Source: Nitrosopumilus sp. (GTDB lineage: Archaea > Thermoproteota > Nitrososphaeria > Nitrososphaerales > Nitrosopumilaceae). Taken from it: 64,000 nt of DNA. The DNA lies in contig OZ245040.1 of NCBI GenBank assembly GCA_965224195.1, positions 1,856,001-1,920,000 of the forward strand. The letters run 5' to 3'. Below the pieces are notes generated by a model. That model saw only the letters and a program-made list of their open reading frames with translations. It did no database searches and was not told the DNA's origin. The position numbers and the translations under genes are program-made. This document shows, one piece after another, positions 60,469 through 64,000 of this stretch; the stretch's first letter is position 1, and each line of letters begins with the position of its first letter.

Positions 60469-62562
60469 ATGCGACTTAGAAAATTCAGAGCTAGAGCATA
60501 TCGTTGCATACATGATTCTGGAGAAATAACAGTTGGAGATTTGGCAGCGTTTGTTGGAAGAAATGAGAGTGGAAAAACTACAATTCTTCAAGCCTTAACG
60601 TTGTTGAATAGAGATGAACAAGTTTCAGAATTAGATCTTTGTGATGAAATGAATGAAGAATTAAAAGAAGAAATGCGATTAGCAGAAGGAGAATTTGATT
60701 TAAACCAAAATGAAATAAGCATTATTAAAGAAAAATTTCCAGGACTGCCTGAAATTAAAAAAATTAAATTATTTAGAACAAATCAAAATCCAAGAGTTCA
60801 GTATGAGTTTGAAGATATTGAACTTAGTGATGATAGTAATAAAGGACTTAATTCATGGGAGAATTTCTCAAGACAAATATTTGGATTTTTAGATACTATT
60901 CCCAATCATCTAAGAATACAAGTAGATACAAAATTCTTCGAGGAACAAGTTCCCAAAAACCAAGAAACTTTTGATAGTGGAATGGCAGAATTTAGTAATC
61001 AATTTCATGTAATTGCCATACAAGAACCTAAAGTAATTGAAGAGTGGGAAAAAATCTATAAAAGTCCTGAAAACCAATTTTCTAATCTTCTAAGTGGTGA
61101 AAGTGAAAAATCTGCTTTGCAGAATTTTATTGCAGCAGAATTACATCCAAGATTTGTATATTTTTCAGATTATAAAAAAATCTATGGGAATATTAATCTC
61201 AATGAATATCTGAGAGAAGAAAGAGGAGAACGTCAAGATTCTATTGAATTTGTAGAAGAATTTGACAAGGCCGAAACCGTAAGAAATCTTTTCTATCTTG
61301 CAGAGTTAGATATTAAAGAATTAGATGAAGTAAAAGAAAGTCCATCAAAATACATCAAGCTTCTCAATGCAGCAAGTAACAGATTAACTAAAAAATTAAA
61401 TCCAGCATGGAAAGGTGATCCTATACATGTTGATTTAAGATATAATCCTGGAAATATTATGAGTGTAGTTATTTCTGATGTTCATAAAGATGGAACAATT
61501 ACAAATACAGGATTGTTAAACAGAAGGGCAGAAGGTTTCAAATGGACATTCTCATTCATTGTAAACTTTGCAGCTGAAACACAAAGAGCAGAATTAAAAG
61601 AAGCAATACTACTTTTAGATGAGCCTGCAAGAAATCTTCACCCAACACAGCAGATGGGAATTTCAGATTTGTTAAAAAATTTAGCAGGTTCAAACCAAGT
61701 ACTGTATGCAACACATTCACCATTTATGATATTTGATTATACACCTGGTAACTTACTCGTAGTTGAATTAGATAAGAGAAAACACCTTAGTAGAATATTT
61801 TATGATTATTGGAATGCTGATGATAAAACACTAACACCAATTTTGTATGGACTTTGTAGAGGGCAAGTTGAATCGATAGTAGACAGGGAAATAGGAACAA
61901 ACTCCAGACCAATAATTATCGTAGAGACAATGTCAGATTCCATGTATCTTAATGCATTTGATAAATTTTTGCAAGATCCAAATATTTCAATGAATCCTCT
62001 CAATGTAATTGCGGCATATAACAAAAATTCAGTTTTACCATTAGCGATATTTTACAGAAATCACGGGTATAGGACATTTGTTTTACTAGATAATTCTGAA
62101 GAATCTAAGCAAATCGCAGCCCAATTAGTTTCAAATGAATTTTCATCAATACAGACTATCTTTTTTGAACGAGAAGGGAAAAAATTAGAATCAATAGAAG
62201 ACTATATTGCACTAGAAGATTATCTGTATCCAGTAAATCAAACGTATGAAATCAAGCTCAGACAAGAAGGCTTTTTAAACCTTACACCTCAAGATGTAAT
62301 ATCTAAAGAAGGTAAAGGTATTTTAGAAAAATTAAGAAAAATATGGCAAGAACACAATGAGGATGATTGGGAAGAATTCAACAATGAAGAAATTACTAGA
62401 TATATTTGTGAGAAAATTACCTTAGATGAGACAGATTTCCTATCAGATAAAACAAAAGATCAGTTTAGATCATTATACAGACTAATTGCTGAACGGATCA
62501 GACAATATCAAAATGCAGTTACAAAATCAGACTTGAATAAATTCCAGAAGGCCAAGGCTTAA
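60469..62562 (+). CDS. OLD-family-like ABC ATPase/TOPRIM protein
   Basis: GRNESGKT, LLDEP..LHP, THSPF, then IIVE..SD TOPRIM-like region. Confidence 0.85.
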   Translation: MRLRKFRARAYRCIHDSGEITVGDLAAFVGRNESGKTTILQALTLLNRDEQVSELDLCDEMNEELKEEMRLAEGEFDLNQNEISIIKEKFPGLPEIKKIKLFRTNQNPRVQYEFEDIELSDDSNKGLNSWENFSRQIFGFLDTIPNHLRIQVDTKFFEEQVPKNQETFDSGMAEFSNQFHVIAIQEPKVIEEWEKIYKSPENQFSNLLSGESEKSALQNFIAAELHPRFVYFSDYKKIYGNINLNEYLREERGERQDSIEFVEEFDKAETVRNLFYLAELDIKELDEVKESPSKYIKLLNAASNRLTKKLNPAWKGDPIHVDLRYNPGNIMSVVISDVHKDGTITNTGLLNRRAEGFKWTFSFIVNFAAETQRAELKEAILLLDEPARNLHPTQQMGISDLLKNLAGSNQVLYATHSPFMIFDYTPGNLLVVELDKRKHLSRIFYDYWNADDKTLTPILYGLCRGQVESIVDREIGTNSRPIIIVETMSDSMYLNAFDKFLQDPNISMNPLNVIAAYNKNSVLPLAIFYRNHGYRTFVLLDNSEESKQIAAQLVSNEFSSIQTIFFEREGKKLESIEDYIALEDYLYPVNQTYEIKLRQEGFLNLTPQDVISKEGKGILEKLRKIWQEHNEDDWEEFNNEEITRYICEKITLDETDFLSDKTKDQFRSLYRLIAERIRQYQNAVTKSDLNKFQKAKA

Positions 62563-62645
62563 GATTTAAGAAGTTTACTCATGAAAAACACTAAACTAAG
62601 AAATAGAAAAGTAGGAAAAATTCTTTAAGGTTTAAGTGAGAGATA

Positions 62646-64000
62646 ATGAGTTTGAAGTACATGAACAGATCCTCGACTAGAGGAATTTTCCTTTCAGTTG
62701 CATTGTTATTTTCATTTGTACTAATTATATTTCCATCAAATGTTTATGGTGAGGAAATTTCAGTTACAAGTTTTGCATTAGAAGAAACATCTCTATTAGA
62801 ACTAACAAATGATTCAACAAAAGATGTCAACACACTAAGAATTTGGCTAGGGAACGATTTTAATTTTAAATCCTTCAAAACTGAAAAAGGATGGGTTGGA
62901 GAAAAGAATTCCCAAGGAGTTATTATTTTCACATCATCTCAATCCATCAAACCAGGAGAATCTGTAAAATTTGGAGTGAAAACGGACAAAGTAAATTCAG
63001 GAATTAATTGGAAAGTATTAGACAGTAAGGACACACAAGTTGGCACTGGAATGTCAATTGCAAAAGAGATTCCACTAACAATTAAAAATCCAGACAGTGA
63101 TCGAAGTTTAAAAAAGACGGGAAAAAGTATGACTATAGAATCCATATTTAGAATAGTTCCAGAAAAACCAAATGTTGGTTCTACAATCAGAGTAACAGGA
63201 GATAATTTTGGTTCGTTACAAGAATTTGATTTTTACATAGATACTAAAAAAATAGGTACTTTTGAGACAGATAATGACGGATACTTTATCACTACGATGA
63301 AAATTCCAGATAATCAAAAAGCTGATAGAGTAGAATTTATCGTAAAGGACAAAAAAGGAGAAGAACGAAAGATTAGCCTTAGAATAGGAGAGAATGACGA
63401 TAGAATTGCAGATTCAATAAATATTCCTCTTACAATTAAAGGAATTCCAAACATAGTCCATAGAGGAGACTTTTTAGAAATTTTTGGGACAGGACAACCA
63501 AATAGTGCAATAACAGCTGAGATAAAAACACCTGATGATGAAGTAATCAATTCCAGAACAGCAGAAATAGATAGTAAGGGAGATTGGAAATTAGATGAAC
63601 CAGTAATCATACCACTAGATACACCATTTGGAAAATATAGTGCAACAATTACAGATGGACGAGACAACAAATTAGTCTCTTGGACGATTGAGTCTGATAA
63701 AAAAATCATCTTAATTCCAACATCATTAAAGTTTGAAAAAGGCGAAATTATGAAATTTAATGGTACTGCATTACCAAATATTCCAATTGAAGTAACATTA
63801 GAAGACCCATTAGGAAAAGAAATTGTTTCAGATATAATACAAGTGGACGGATCAGGAAATGTAGAATTTGAATTTATAACTACACAAAATACAGTTGAAG
63901 GAACATATACACTAATTGCCACTCAGAATAAGGATAAAGAGTTTATTTATGCTGGTATTGGACAGTTACCATCAATTCCAGTCAACTTAGAATTTGACAA
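62646..64000 (+). CDS. Large secreted Ig-like surface protein (3'-partial)
   Basis: Signal peptide (GIFLSVALLFSFVLIIFPSNVYG); frame appears open to the window end; the antisense ORFs in the track mirror it. Confidence 0.8.
   Translation, partial: MSLKYMNRSSTRGIFLSVALLFSFVLIIFPSNVYGEEISVTSFALEETSLLELTNDSTKDVNTLRIWLGNDFNFKSFKTEKGWVGEKNSQGVIIFTSSQSIKPGESVKFGVKTDKVNSGINWKVLDSKDTQVGTGMSIAKEIPLTIKNPDSDRSLKKTGKSMTIESIFRIVPEKPNVGSTIRVTGDNFGSLQEFDFYIDTKKIGTFETDNDGYFITTMKIPDNQKADRVEFIVKDKKGEERKISLRIGENDDRIADSINIPLTIKGIPNIVHRGDFLEIFGTGQPNSAITAEIKTPDDEVINSRTAEIDSKGDWKLDEPVIIPLDTPFGKYSATITDGRDNKLVSWTIESDKKIILIPTSLKFEKGEIMKFNGTALPNIPIEVTLEDPLGKEIVSDIIQVDGSGNVEFEFITTQNTVEGTYTLIATQNKDKEFIYAGIGQLPSIPVNLEFD

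Noticed and set aside
60469-62562. OLD-like ATPase as a Gabija-type defence system
   Set aside because: No partner helicase nearby; it sits among core-like genes with no mobility signal.
62744-63922. Minus-strand ORFs at the window end
   Set aside because: Antisense to a large plus-strand secreted-protein gene that lacks a stop within the window.

Overview
Low-GC archaeal chromosome segment with gene content typical of Nitrosopumilus-like Nitrososphaerota. The core genes are intact: ribosomal proteins L32e/L19e/L11/L1/L10/L12/L21e/S30e, secE-spt5, pckA, rpo4, radA, pyrDK, nop5-fibrillarin, rnhB, trm1, a TFE-beta-like factor and tRNA-Ser(GCT). Two accessory regions interrupt the core. (1) About 11.0-17.9 kb is a decaying island: glycosyltransferase pseudogenes, an IS5-type element, an HD hydrolase, a Cas4-like nuclease and an Mrr-like nuclease. 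(2) The main discovery is a 25,453-bp element (25035-50487) between radA and rps30e. It is bounded by IS6-type GGTTCTGT terminal inverted repeats and a perfect 8-bp target duplication (TGTTTAAG). It contains two SWIM/Zn-finger IS6-like transposases, each divergently paired with a small AbrB or RHH regulator. It also holds a nested 3.4-kb cargo transposon and a serial array of four same-orientation right ends that delimit cargo modules (XPB-Bax1, HNH nucleases, PIN proteins, secreted proteins). Inside it, a gene is interrupted by an exact 37-bp duplication around a 37-bp foreign insert, the signature expected from ectopic Cas1-Cas2 spacer integration. All calls come from reading the sequence; no database searches were run.
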